Positions 1-10,010 of a DNA stretch of 61,369 nt are shown one piece after another. The stretch comes from a virus. Its lineage: Duplodnaviria > Caudoviricetes. The first letter of the stretch is position 1, and every line of letters starts with the position of its first letter. Made by a program: the position numbers and the translations under genes. Location of the stretch: the IMG/VR virus record IMGVR_UViG_3300045912_000939, positions 1-61,369 of that record. One strand, written 5' to 3'. The notes beneath the pieces were generated by a model, which had not been told where the DNA came from, did no database searches, and saw only the letters and a list, made by a program, of their open reading frames with translations.

Positions 1-1773
1 ATGAAAGACCTGCCCATCGACGACGAGGTCATCAGCATTAGCCGCACGGCGCTCGACACGCGCGCTCCGGTCGACGAACGGTACGACGCTACCGCGCAAG
101 TCGCCAAGACGGTCGCGCCGGCGGTGCCGCGCTTCGACCGCTCGATGATCGTCAAGGCCGCCGTCGACGCGCACCGGCTCACCGAGCGCCTAAACCGCCA
201 GTCGCTGCCCGGCCGCCCCAAGAGCGGTAACCCGGACGTCTACGGCATCTTCAAGTACCACGATTACCTCAGGCGCCCGGCACCGATGGGCTTTACCGAA
301 CTGCGCGCCATCTTGCAACACAACCCCGTGACCAGCAGCATCATGTTCACCTTCAGCCGCTGGGTGTCGCGCATGGCCAAGCCGGTGCAGGAGGACTACG
401 AGTCCGGCTTCCGCATCAAGCTCCGCGGCCCCCGTAGGCGCCTCAGCGAGGGCGAGCGCCAGCGCGTCGAGTGGCTCGAGCGCTTCGTCATGAACTGTGG
501 CGCGGAGTTCGACCCCTTCAAGCGCGAACTGCTCGAGCGCGACGACCTCATCGGCTACCTAAAGAAATCCACGCTCGACACGCTGGCGCTGGACGCCATG
601 CCGACCGAGATCATCCGCACCCCAAGCGGCCGCATTCACGGCTGGGCGCACGTGGACGGCGCCACCGTGTACCTGGCGCCCAAGGAAGGGCTCGAGCCGG
701 ACGCTGTGCCGCCCCCGAATGCCGACCCCGAGCGCCTGCCCGATCCCGAGTGGGTCAAGGCCGTGGAGGCGACCGGCGACGGCACCACCGTGACGCAGTG
801 GTTTGGTTACGACGAGATCCTGTATCGGCCGCGCAACCCACGCCCAGACGTGTACGGCGAGGGCTACGGCATCAGCGAGTCCGAGCTGATCATGCGCGTC
901 ATCACCGGCTTCATCAACCTGCTCAACTACAACCAGAAAGCCTACGAGGACAACCACATCCCGCAGGGCTTTTTGCAGCTCTGGGGCGACTTCAAGCAAG
1001 ACGACGTCGAGGACTTCAAGGCCGAGTGGGCCGCGATGGTGGCGGGCGTGTCGAACGCCTGGCGCTTGCCGCTCCTCGTCTCCGAGAAGGGCAAGGAGGC
1101 CGGCGCCAACTTCATCAAGACCGGCGTCGAAGTAACCGAGATGCACTTCATCAAGGGGACGCTCATGTACGTAGGGCTCGAGTGCGCCATGCGCGGCATC
1201 GACCCCGAGGAGATCAATTTCGAGTCGTTCTCATCGAAAACCTCGAGCCTCTCCGACGGCTCTATCGAGGCGAAGCTGATCAACTCGAAAAACAAGGGCT
1301 TCTACCCGCTACTCCAACACCACGAGGCGTACCTCAACCAGATCCTGCAGGCCGTCGACCCGGACGCCTACCTCGAGTGGACGGGTTTCATCAGCGCCAA
1401 GGACGCTTGGGAGCGCGACGCGAAGGCGCTGACCTTCGGCGAGCTGCGCGAACGCCAAGGGCTGCCGCTTAGCGGCATCGAGCTGCTCGACAGCGCCCCC
1501 ATCGACCCCACCATGCAGAGCGTCTACCTGCAGGCCATGGGGCAACAGATGCAAGGCTTCGCCGGTGAGTCCTTAGAGGGCATGCCGCCGGAGCTGCAGC
1601 AACAGCTCGCCCAAGGCGGCTGGCCGCCCGCAAACGAAGAAGGCGAAGAAGGCGAGGTGGCCGAGCAAGACGCGGACGACCAGGAGAGCGACAACGAAGC
1701 CGAGGACGCGGACGGCCCGACGGGCTCCTTCCAGAAGCTGCGCGACGCGCTGCTCCTCGACGGCCACGAATAG
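1..1773 (+). CDS. Phage portal protein
   Basis: 590 aa; VDGATV, RPRNPRPDVYGEGYGISESE, GIDPEEINF motifs of Twort/SPO1-like portals; acidic C-tail; followed by MuF. Confidence 0.85.
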   Translation: MKDLPIDDEVISISRTALDTRAPVDERYDATAQVAKTVAPAVPRFDRSMIVKAAVDAHRLTERLNRQSLPGRPKSGNPDVYGIFKYHDYLRRPAPMGFTELRAILQHNPVTSSIMFTFSRWVSRMAKPVQEDYESGFRIKLRGPRRRLSEGERQRVEWLERFVMNCGAEFDPFKRELLERDDLIGYLKKSTLDTLALDAMPTEIIRTPSGRIHGWAHVDGATVYLAPKEGLEPDAVPPPNADPERLPDPEWVKAVEATGDGTTVTQWFGYDEILYRPRNPRPDVYGEGYGISESELIMRVITGFINLLNYNQKAYEDNHIPQGFLQLWGDFKQDDVEDFKAEWAAMVAGVSNAWRLPLLVSEKGKEAGANFIKTGVEVTEMHFIKGTLMYVGLECAMRGIDPEEINFESFSSKTSSLSDGSIEAKLINSKNKGFYPLLQHHEAYLNQILQAVDPDAYLEWTGFISAKDAWERDAKALTFGELRERQGLPLSGIELLDSAPIDPTMQSVYLQAMGQQMQGFAGESLEGMPPELQQQLAQGGWPPANEEGEEGEVAEQDADDQESDNEAEDADGPTGSFQKLRDALLLDGHE

Positions 1774-1780
1774 GGCCCAC

Positions 1781-2821
1781 GTGTCGTTCGAGCGCAACAT
1801 CTGGGCCGACGACCTCGACCCCGCCAAAGCCGCCCTTGAACGCGCCTGGACGGCGCTGGGCCGTGACTACCTCTACGCGCTGCATCTGGAGACGCATCGG
1901 CTGCTCGAGCTTCCCCCACTGCCGCGCGCTAGCGTCGAGGCGGTGTACCAGATGTCGGTGGGTGGCGTGATCGCCAAGGCCGACGACGCCCCCATCGAAC
2001 GAGCGCTACGCTATTCCAACGCGCTCAGGCGCTTTCGCGAACTGAGGCGCGCAGGGCGGGTACCTGCAGAGCACGCGCGACACCTCGCCGCGATCCTCGC
2101 CGACAAGTGGTACGGCGAATACCGCCTGCATACGCGCGCGCAGGCTAGGGCCGTCCGCACCTGGTTGGCGGGGTTCCTGCGCGCCAAGACGCGCGCCCCG
2201 CGCCCCGCCACGCCGCCCGTCACCTGGCAGGAAGCCAAGGCGGTGTACAGGCTCGACGACACGCTCGCCAACAGCATCCAGTGGGCGCAAGCGCACGCCG
2301 CCGAGCACGTGACCAGCCTCAAGGAGCGCGCCCGCCATGCGCTGGCGGAAACACTGCTTGCCGCCCAAGCCGAAGGCACCACCCAACCCCTGACCGTCGC
2401 CAGCAACCTGCTGACCAAAATGGGCACCCTGAATCGCGATTGGCGCACCATCGCCATCACGGAGCAGGCGATGAACCACGCGCACGGAGAACTGGCAGGA
2501 CTGATCGGGCAGAAGGTCGAGTGGATCGCCGCTGCCGACGCATGCCCGCACTGCAAGCAGTTTGCTGGGCAAATCTTCGAGGTGGTCAGCCCGGACGCGC
2601 CCCACAAGGACTTTTGGCGGCACGTGTGGGCCGGCAAGAGCAACGTGGGCCGCAGCTTCGCGCCGCGCACCAGGGACGGGCGCACCCGCACGCGCGAGGA
2701 GCTGGCCGGGCCGGCGATCCCCGCACATCCCTCGTGTCGCTGCCGTTGGCGTCGGGTGCTGCAAAAACCCGCAGCCGATCCGAGGTTGCTGGCGTATCTC
2801 CGCACCACCATGGCCCCCTGA
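1781..2821 (+). CDS. MuF / SPP1 gp7-like head morphogenesis protein
   Basis: RDWRTIAITE, DACPHC and PAHPSCRCRW motifs; directly after portal. Confidence 0.85.
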   Translation: MSFERNIWADDLDPAKAALERAWTALGRDYLYALHLETHRLLELPPLPRASVEAVYQMSVGGVIAKADDAPIERALRYSNALRRFRELRRAGRVPAEHARHLAAILADKWYGEYRLHTRAQARAVRTWLAGFLRAKTRAPRPATPPVTWQEAKAVYRLDDTLANSIQWAQAHAAEHVTSLKERARHALAETLLAAQAEGTTQPLTVASNLLTKMGTLNRDWRTIAITEQAMNHAHGELAGLIGQKVEWIAAADACPHCKQFAGQIFEVVSPDAPHKDFWRHVWAGKSNVGRSFAPRTRDGRTRTREELAGPAIPAHPSCRCRWRRVLQKPAADPRLLAYLRTTMAP

Positions 2822-2839
2822 CCCCACCTCGAAGACGCC

Positions 2840-3767
2840 ATGCGCGCGGACGTGCTGCGCGACCTCGCGAGCGAAGCGCTCAAGATCAAGCACCGCCCAC
2901 TTCTGGATCGACGAGCGCGATACCCCTACCGCCTCGGACGGGTCGCTCGAGCTGCGCACCGACCCTGGCGGCATAGCGCTACAGCCGGGCGAGCGCTTCT
3001 TGCTCAACACGCCAGGCGACCTCACCTTGTTCGCGAAGTTCCATCCAGACGGGGTAGACAGCAGTCACAGCTTGCCGTTTCCAGCAGTCTTGCGGCGCGT
3101 CAGCGACCCGAGCTTGCCATACGGCTACACATTCCGGTACGTGCCCGCAGAGCAGCACGAATATGCCGTCAAGGCGACCGCCCTACCCGGCCTGTGCCTC
3201 TTTACCCGCAAGCCGCTGCCGAGACTGCTCGTGGCCAAAGCCTACAAGCTCGAGGGCCGCTGCAAGTGGCACGGGCTCGACATCTCCATCGAGAACGGCA
3301 AAGGGAGCGTCAGGCGCGGCGTAGATCCCGACGGGCACGCCTGGTCGACGCGCATGCTGTACCCTTACGGTTACCTCAGAAACACCCAGGGGACCGACGG
3401 CGACCACCTCGACTGCTACGTCGGCCCCGACGAGGACGCCGCCAAGGTCTACATCGTGCATCAAGTCGATCCCACCACCGGCGGGTTCGACGAGGACAAG
3501 GTGATGCTCGGCTTCCCCAGCGCCGACGCCGCCAAGCGCGCCTATCTGGCGCACTACGACACGCCCAAGTTCTTCGGCGGCATGACCGAGATGCACGCTG
3601 CGGAGTTCGCCCAGCTCGTCAAAAGCGGTAAACTGACGGGCAAGGTCGTCATGGGCGAGCCGCGCGCTCGAGCTGGCAAGGCGGAGCTGAAGCGCCTGCT
3701 CGAGGTCGCCAAGCGCCAGCGCACCGTTACGGGTGGGCTGAGCTACTACGTCAAGAGGTCACAATGA
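2840..3767 (+). CDS. InPase (inorganic pyrophosphatase-like) domain head-associated protein; apparent frameshift near 2890
   Basis: ISIENGKGSVRRG...YGYLRNTQGTDGDHLDCYVGP...FDEDKVMLGF in the 2562..3767 frame; the only plausible start (ATG 2840) is in another frame. Confidence 0.7.
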
Positions 3768-4108
3768 TCGACGAACCGCGCTTCAGAGGAATCGTACAGC
3801 TCTTGCAGCGAGACCCCGGCAGCTACCGGGCGTTCGGCCCTTACTGGTGGCCACTCAAGCAGATGTTGCGGCGCCACTACGCTACCGAGACGCTCTACCT
3901 CCTCGGCAACCATGACGAGCCCGTCACCCGCGGCGCGCTCGAGCGCCACTACCCGGACGAAGAGGCGCTGTTCGTTGCGGCCGTCAACCACTACCGTGAG
4001 AAGGCCGTACTTGGCGAGCGATACGACGGCAGCTCGAGCCTGCCCGATGGCGCGGACTACGCGCTGTTCGATCCGGATGGCGGCGTGGCGAATGCCGTCG
4101 GCAGCTAG
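3764..4108 (+). CDS. Hypothetical phage protein (YRAFGPYWWPLK)
   Basis: ATGA overlap with upstream gene, GAGG RBS. Confidence 0.7.
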   Translation: MIDEPRFRGIVQLLQRDPGSYRAFGPYWWPLKQMLRRHYATETLYLLGNHDEPVTRGALERHYPDEEALFVAAVNHYREKAVLGERYDGSSSLPDGADYALFDPDGGVANAVGS

Positions 4109-4126
4109 CCGTTTGGAAAAACAAGA

Positions 4127-4864
4127 TCAAAACGGGTAGACCGCGATATTTTGATGTATCGTCTGCTCGAGCCGATCGATGTGTATCCAGCTCAAAAGCA
4201 ACACGCGCCCTTCGCTGGTCGCAAAGCGAATGAGCCAAGCGTCATCCAGATTGCTGACAAAGGGCGCTTCGCTTTCGTACAGCTCGATGATCCCCCAGTC
4301 ATGAATGTCATCGTCCGGGATACGCCACACAAAGCTCATCAGATCATCTATCGTCGGTCCTGTTGGCTCTTGACCGGACCTGACGGTAAAACTGTAGACC
4401 GCGCAGGGTGTCAGCGACCGCCCGTCGATAGTCAGCGTGTACCGCTGCGTATCTGCCAATCTCGCCGGATACAGGCGAGCCGACCCCTCACAAATCGCCG
4501 TCAAAAAGGGCCTACGGTCGATGCTGTAAGGGATAAGCCTGTTGCCGATGAGATCGTCAAGAAAAACCTCCCCGGTAAACTTATGAACCGCAAACCACTC
4601 GATGACCGGTGCGAGATTGGGGTCGCCGCCGCATGCTGGGTCTCGGTGGTTTCCCCGCAGCGCGAGATGATAAAAGCGATCCGTTTCCCGGTCGAATGTG
4701 ATCATCACGCACTCGACGCGAACGCGCGTTTCATAAAATCGATTTTCGCGCAGCGCGTCAAACACAAGACGGGTCGCTTCGCTTCTCGTCAACGCTTCGC
4801 CGGAGCTGGCGACGGCAAAAGACAGCAGCAAAACGGCTGCGAGCACGGTGTACACTTTCCGCAT
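4127..4864 (-). CDS. Secreted/periplasmic hypothetical protein (moron)
   Basis: Signal peptide MRKVYTVLAAVLLLSFAVA; lower GC; TACACT -10 8 nt upstream of ATG. Confidence 0.7.
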   Translation of the reverse strand: MRKVYTVLAAVLLLSFAVASSGEALTRSEATRLVFDALRENRFYETRVRVECVMITFDRETDRFYHLALRGNHRDPACGGDPNLAPVIEWFAVHKFTGEVFLDDLIGNRLIPYSIDRRPFLTAICEGSARLYPARLADTQRYTLTIDGRSLTPCAVYSFTVRSGQEPTGPTIDDLMSFVWRIPDDDIHDWGIIELYESEAPFVSNLDDAWLIRFATSEGRVLLLSWIHIDRLEQTIHQNIAVYPF

Positions 4865-4912
4865 TTGCGCAGAGTGTACTATGCTTTCTGTCGCTTTAGC
4901 AATCGAGTGGAT

Positions 4913-4941
4913 TGGTGGCGCTGGTGGCGCTGGTGGCGCTC
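4913..4941. repeat. Short tandem repeat (TGGTGGCGC x3)
   Basis: attggtggcgctggtggcgctggtggcgctc. Confidence 0.7.
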
Positions 4942-5224
4942 AGTCTGTTTCGTCGATGAACTCGAGCAGGTCATCAAATGTGACTTTTTTGCCTGTTATT
5001 GCCATCAGACCATCCATCACCGCAGCAAGTGTGCTAAACCGAACCCCTTCAGTCTCGTCATTGGCGAGTCGGTAAATTACTTTTTGCGACACCCCTTTTG
5101 CTTCTTTTGCAAGCGAATACGGGGTCACGTCATGCTCTCTTAGAAATTCTTTCAACTTCCATCGAATAACGCCCACGCCGGGCATTGTATCATCGCGAAC
5201 TCCGCTCGAAGACCCTGCTTCCAT
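4940..5224 (-). CDS. Cro/CI-type HTH repressor (HTH_26-like)
   Basis: IRWKLKEFLREHDVTPYSLAKEAKGVSQKVIYRL...TFDDLLEF; TATAGT-N6-ATG leaderless start. Confidence 0.85.
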   Translation of the reverse strand: MEAGSSSGVRDDTMPGVGVIRWKLKEFLREHDVTPYSLAKEAKGVSQKVIYRLANDETEGVRFSTLAAVMDGLMAITGKKVTFDDLLEFIDETD

Positions 5225-5258
5225 GGCAAGACTATAGCATATTCAGGGTTAACCCTAT

Positions 5259-5287
5259 TTGACTATTGCCCGCAAAGGGGGTATATT
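5259..5287 (+). promoter_or_regulatory. Sigma70-type promoter TTGACT-N17-TATATT, overlapping palindrome AGGGTTAACCCT just upstream
   Basis: Near-consensus boxes, divergent from repressor; downstream hairpin CAGAGCGG...CCGCTCTG and AGGAGG RBS. Confidence 0.7.
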
Positions 5288-5349
5288 GATCATCAGAGCG
5301 GCGCATCCACCAAGACAAACCGCTCTGAAATCCCATAAGGAGGATCACC

Positions 5350-5613
5350 ATGCATCCTACCACCCGCCACCGCGGCCGAGTCCTTGCCGGCGTGCTGAAC
5401 GTCGATAGCGTCGAGCCGTGGGCGCTGCCGGCGCTGCTCGAGCTCGTCCACCGCAAGGCCGACAAGGCCGGGATCGACGTCGGCGTGGTCGTCGCCACCG
5501 TGTGCATCGGCATCGAGTGGCGCGAGGGCGAGGGCAGCCTCGAAACCTTCACCGAGGCCCTGCGCGACCAGCACGTCAGCTTCACCTTCAAGGAGAAGGC
5601 GTTCGATGAGTGA
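5350..5613 (+). CDS. Hypothetical protein
   Basis: Strong RBS TAAGGAGG, first gene of operon. Confidence 0.7.
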   Translation: MHPTTRHRGRVLAGVLNVDSVEPWALPALLELVHRKADKAGIDVGVVVATVCIGIEWREGEGSLETFTEALRDQHVSFTFKEKAFDE

Positions 5614-6598
5614 ACTGCAAACGGCGACGTTCAGCTACGACCGGCTCGATCCTGAAACCCGCATCGTGGTGCAGCAGCGCACGAGCGAGATCCTGACCAT
5701 CATGCGCCGCACCGCCCAGGACGTCATCGACCTGGGCGGGAAACTCCTCGACGTCAAGAACCGCCTCGATCATGGCCAATTCGGGGAGTGGTTGCGAGCG
5801 GAGTTCGGGTGGAGCGAGGACACCGCACTCAGGTTTATGCAAACATACAAGGCTTTTTACCAAAAACCGCACATTGCGGAATTTGCCCCCTCCGCCCTCT
5901 ACGCCCTCTCGGCCCCCTCGACCCCCGAGGAGGCCCGCCAAGAAGCCCTGAAGCGCGCTGAATCCGGCGAGAAGATCACCCATCGGGCAGCCAAGGAGAT
6001 CGTCGCCAAGCACAAGCCCGAGCCCGAGAAGCTCGAGCGGCTCGTCGAGAACTACCTGTCCATCTGGTGCCGCAGCCCGCAGGAGAAAGTGGATCGGCTC
6101 GAGGCGATCCTGAGCGGCGGCGCGGAGAACAAGTGGAACGAGCTGTCCAACTACGTCCGCAACGTCATGCCGGTGTCGAGCGAGCGGCTGCTCGAGGCCG
6201 TTCGTATGGCGAAAGCGCGGTGGGAGGCGCCCGCACGGACGCCCGCCGTCGCGCCCGAATCCGCTCGCTCTGCCAAGCCCCAAGAGGCGGAGCCGGGCAC
6301 GCGCGCGACTCCTGCCGAACCCACGCACCCCGCACCCACGCCACAACCTCCCACGCTGCAGGGCACCCCTCCATCCGTCACCCTTAGGGGCAAGGAGACC
6401 GCCACTTCGCTTCGCTCGAGTGCAGGCGCCGAGGTGCACGACCTGCTGCAGGCGCTCTACGACCTGGGCGTGGACGAACTTGCCGAGGCGCTGCGCGGCA
6501 AGGCGAACGAGGACGGCAGCTTGGCCAAACTGTACGACATCGTGGCCGCCATGCTCAGGCGGGCAAGGGAGCGGGTGAATCGTGGAATCGGCGCTTGA
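5606..6598 (+). CDS. DUF3102 domain protein
   Basis: IDLGGKLLDVKNRLDHGQFGEWLRAEFGWSEDTALRFM. Confidence 0.8.
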   Translation: MSELQTATFSYDRLDPETRIVVQQRTSEILTIMRRTAQDVIDLGGKLLDVKNRLDHGQFGEWLRAEFGWSEDTALRFMQTYKAFYQKPHIAEFAPSALYALSAPSTPEEARQEALKRAESGEKITHRAAKEIVAKHKPEPEKLERLVENYLSIWCRSPQEKVDRLEAILSGGAENKWNELSNYVRNVMPVSSERLLEAVRMAKARWEAPARTPAVAPESARSAKPQEAEPGTRATPAEPTHPAPTPQPPTLQGTPPSVTLRGKETATSLRSSAGAEVHDLLQALYDLGVDELAEALRGKANEDGSLAKLYDIVAAMLRRARERVNRGIGA

Positions 6599-7562
6599 AC
6601 TCAGCAGCACCCCGCAGCTGTCGGCCTTCCGCTTCCGCAACGCCGAAATCCGCGCGGTCGGCGAAGGCGAACGGGTGTGGTTCGTCGCCAAGGATGTGTG
6701 CAAGGCGCTTGAGATATCCTGGAGCGGCAGGACTCTGGACTCCATCAAGGACGAATGGAAAGGGATGATGGATTTCATCACCCCTCGAGGAACGCAGTCC
6801 CTCACCGTCATCTCCGAGCCGGCGGTGTACAAGCTCGCCTTCCGCAGCCGCAAGCCGGAAGCGGAGGCCTTCACCGACTGGGTCGCCTCCGAGGTGCTGC
6901 CCGCTCTCCGCAGGACCGGCATTTACAGCATGCGGCAGCCAGTAGCGCTCGAGCCCTTGATCGAGTCCATGCTCGAGCAAGAGGAGCGGCTGAGAGCGAT
7001 GGAGGTATGGCGCGAGAACGCCCCCGTCTCGGTCGATGCTCCGAAGGTCGCTCGCCTGCGCCTCATGATCCAGGCGTACGGACGGGCGCTCGGTGGTGGC
7101 CGTTCGGGTTACGCTCGAGCCTACCGCCGTTTCTACGACCGCTTCGGCTTGGCGAAGTACGACCACCTGCCGCTCCACCGCTACCATGAAGCCGTGGAAG
7201 TGTTAGGGGCATGGCATCGTGAGGCGAGCCGGCAGTTGGTGGCTGCAACGGCGGATGACCACACGAGCACGGCCGAGACCGACGAAGGGCGCGCTCGTCG
7301 GCTCGGCCGGTACGTCAAGGCCCGGCGCCTGTACCTGGGGATCAAGCGGCCCGAGTTTTGCTCGGAGCTGCAACGACTTGGGAAGCGGCTGACCGAAGAC
7401 CACCTGGCGAAACTTGAAGGAGGCCACCGGAGCCTCGCTCGAGCCTCCTTCGAGTTGCGCGAGGCCATCCGCACCATCCTCAAGATCGACCCGCAGACTT
7501 GGTATTGCGACACAGGACTCTACGTAACGAACGAAAAAGGAAGTGGAGGACGCACACCATGA
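6582..7562 (+). CDS. BRO-N antirepressor with C-terminal copy of the CI DNA-binding domain
   Basis: WFVAKDVCKAL...ISEPAVYKLAFRSRKPEAEAFTDWVASEVLPALRRTGIY; C-terminal ~85 aa align with CI at 59205. Confidence 0.85.
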   Translation: MESALELSSTPQLSAFRFRNAEIRAVGEGERVWFVAKDVCKALEISWSGRTLDSIKDEWKGMMDFITPRGTQSLTVISEPAVYKLAFRSRKPEAEAFTDWVASEVLPALRRTGIYSMRQPVALEPLIESMLEQEERLRAMEVWRENAPVSVDAPKVARLRLMIQAYGRALGGGRSGYARAYRRFYDRFGLAKYDHLPLHRYHEAVEVLGAWHREASRQLVAATADDHTSTAETDEGRARRLGRYVKARRLYLGIKRPEFCSELQRLGKRLTEDHLAKLEGGHRSLARASFELREAIRTILKIDPQTWYCDTGLYVTNEKGSGGRTP

Positions 7563-7978
7563 CCCACGATGAGAAAGAGCGGAGGCATATGCGGATGGAG
7601 AAGTATGAGCTTGGCGAGCTGCTAACAGAACTGCGGAGGCTCGAGGTACTAGCGACGCCTGGGTTGTGGGAACATGACGGCAACGTCATTTACGGGCCGG
7701 ACGGCGACAGCGTGGCTGTGTGCCATGGCAACATCGGCCATTATCCCGAACCCATCGCCGCGGAGAACGACGCGTGCTTTATAGCATTCGTCCGCAACAA
7801 TTTACCTGCGCTCATCGATCACCTTAACCAACTCGTGGCCACACCCAGAAGCGACGACCAAGCTCGCGTGGACGTTCTCTCGGACGTCGACGACGCAGCA
7901 CGCGCACTCGGCCTTGAGCCCATAGGGGAGTGGGAAGAGACGCGCGGCGAAGGGAAGCTCGAGCGCAACGGCAATTAG
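7559..7978 (+). CDS. Ead/Ea22-like phage protein
   Basis: ATPGLWEH...NDACFIAFVRN; ATGA overlap. Confidence 0.6.
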   Translation: MTHDEKERRHMRMEKYELGELLTELRRLEVLATPGLWEHDGNVIYGPDGDSVAVCHGNIGHYPEPIAAENDACFIAFVRNNLPALIDHLNQLVATPRSDDQARVDVLSDVDDAARALGLEPIGEWEETRGEGKLERNGN

Positions 7979-8015
7979 TCTTTGCCCGCGACTTTGCTCT
8001 AAGATTGGACTAGAC

Positions 8016-8801
8016 ATGGCCAATGGTGAGACGCAAGCTCCACTCTTTACTCCAGTCACGCCCGTACCTATGACTGTCAAACTGGCCGAGGTCGAGCCGT
8101 GGAAGAGCACGGCTCGCAACCTCGTCAAGAAGTCGGTGGCGCTGCTCGGCTTTACGAGCACGCCACTGCTGCAGGAGACCGGAGCCACGCCGTATAAATA
8201 TCGCGTCGTCGCGGGTAGGCGCCGCCTCGACGCGGCAGCCGCCGCCGGGCTCGAGTGCGTGACGGCACTCGTGATCGGCGCCGACGTTACCGAGGCCGAT
8301 GTGCGCGCGCTCGGCGCCATGTCGAACCTGGCTCGCAGCTCGAGCCCCGTCGACGAGGCGTTCGACTTGCACAGGCTGGTCGAGCTTGGCCACACACCCG
8401 CCGACCTCGCCAAGCTCTTCGGCATCTCCAAAGCAGTGATCGAGAAGCGCCTCAAGCTGGCAAGCCTTCCCGATGCGCTGCTCGAGGCGGTCAGGCGCGG
8501 CGACATGGCGCCAGGCGTCGCGGCCGACGTCGCCAATCTGACGCTCGAACAGCAGGAGCAGCTGATTCAGCGCCTTGAGACGCAAGACCGGATCACCGGC
8601 GCCGACGTAAAGGCCGTTCGACTGGCGCAGAAGGAAGCAGCCGTCAAGGCGCTGCCCGAGTCGCTCTTTGGACCCATCCCCGAACTCACGCCCAGCGAGC
8701 GCTTCAAGCACGCGGCACGCCAGGCCCTCGCCGAGGGCGTGACAACCCAGGAACTCGCGAGATTGCTCGAGGAGGCTACGAAAAGCGAGGTGACGACGTG
8801 A
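8016..8801 (+). CDS. ParB/Srx-like protein with HTH
   Basis: YRVVAGRRRLDAA, SNLARSSSPVDEA, LAKLFGISKAVIEKRL. Confidence 0.8.
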   Translation: MANGETQAPLFTPVTPVPMTVKLAEVEPWKSTARNLVKKSVALLGFTSTPLLQETGATPYKYRVVAGRRRLDAAAAAGLECVTALVIGADVTEADVRALGAMSNLARSSSPVDEAFDLHRLVELGHTPADLAKLFGISKAVIEKRLKLASLPDALLEAVRRGDMAPGVAADVANLTLEQQEQLIQRLETQDRITGADVKAVRLAQKEAAVKALPESLFGPIPELTPSERFKHAARQALAEGVTTQELARLLEEATKSEVTT

Positions 8802-9586
8802 GCACGATTGCGCGAGCCACGCCAGGCATCGTTCGCGGCTGCGGCCGACGGGTTGAAGGTGGTGTCTATCTAGAGTGCGGGACGGCGCCAGGAGGGGCGC
8901 CGCTCGAGCACTTCTTCTGCGACCCACCCATTCCGTACGAACCCGACCACAAGATCGGGGTAGACATCCAGTTGGGTCCCGACGGGCTCTATCACGTCGT
9001 CGATTACGTCGGCAGCGAGCACTACCCCTGGACGGCGGACTTCATCGAAGAGGGACGCTGCTACGGCTTCAGCCGGCGCGTCCCCAGAAACCTCGACTTC
9101 AGCAAGCTCCAGCACGGCAGCCGCATGCTCTTCGTCCACGCGCGCGGCTACCTCGCCAACGCCAAGGAGCTGCATCCGCACTTCATCGACCCCGAACTCA
9201 AGTGGCGCTGCGGGCTCTGGGAAAAGTACGGCAGAGACGATCATCTGAACGACCCCGCGATAGCCTGCTCGCGCGACTGGTATGCACTCGCGCCGGCCAC
9301 GTCCGCCACCCAAGGCGGCATCGCCCAAGCGGTCGATCCGCAGCGCGTCGGCGCACGGTCGAGTAATGATGTTCAATTTCGCAGGGAGGTTACGGAAGCC
9401 ATTTCGTACCGCGTCTATCCCGTGGCCCCGGACGCGCCCGACCCCGTCTGCAAGAGCGCAATCGTCGCCAGCGTGCCCATAACGAACATTAGCGTCGTCA
9501 AGGCACGTGACGGCAGCCATAAGGAGACGCTCGAGCGCATAAGAGGCAAGGCGAACGGGATCAACGTGGAGGAGAGCGATGGCTAG
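8798..9586 (+). CDS. Conserved-looking hypothetical protein
   Basis: RGCGRRVEGGVYLEC, DYVGSEHYP, FIEEGRCYGFSRR; GAGGTG RBS. Confidence 0.7.
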   Translation: MSTIARATPGIVRGCGRRVEGGVYLECGTAPGGAPLEHFFCDPPIPYEPDHKIGVDIQLGPDGLYHVVDYVGSEHYPWTADFIEEGRCYGFSRRVPRNLDFSKLQHGSRMLFVHARGYLANAKELHPHFIDPELKWRCGLWEKYGRDDHLNDPAIACSRDWYALAPATSATQGGIAQAVDPQRVGARSSNDVQFRREVTEAISYRVYPVAPDAPDPVCKSAIVASVPITNISVVKARDGSHKETLERIRGKANGINVEESDG

Positions 9587-9779
9587 TTGTGGCGACACGT
9601 ACGACGAATGCGACGTTGACTATGACGACGAGCTCGACGACTACGAGACGATGCTCGCCGAGTGTGGCTACGTGCCCGGCCACGGCTGCATGCTCGCGGG
9701 CACCGAGTATTGCGACTGGGAGTGCCGGATAGGTGAGGAGCTCGAGGCCGACAACCTCGAGATCGAGGAGCCGGCGTGA
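9579..9779 (+). CDS. Small acidic Cys-rich hypothetical protein
   Basis: Overlaps neighbours; ECGYVPGHGCMLAGTEYCDWEC. Confidence 0.55.
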   Translation: MASCGDTYDECDVDYDDELDDYETMLAECGYVPGHGCMLAGTEYCDWECRIGEELEADNLEIEEPA

Positions 9780-10010
9780 TGTGCCGTCGCTATGGCGACA
9801 CCGTGCGCCTCTGTTATCGTCACGGTGAGCATAAAGGGGAGCGGCTCTCCGTGGAGGCCGCTCAAGCGCTCGGCTGGCCAGGCCGTGGTTGTGTTCCCGG
9901 AGCTAAGCGGCGGTATCTACGCCGCCAACCCAAGGGCATGTACAATTTCTTGAACCTATAGGCCGCGCAGTCCCCTACCTTGGGCGTAGCCCAGGTGGGG
10001 GTTAGCGGCC

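Noticed and set aside
4151-5143. 330-aa plus-strand ORF
   Set aside because: Antisense to a signal-peptide gene and an HTH repressor that are better supported
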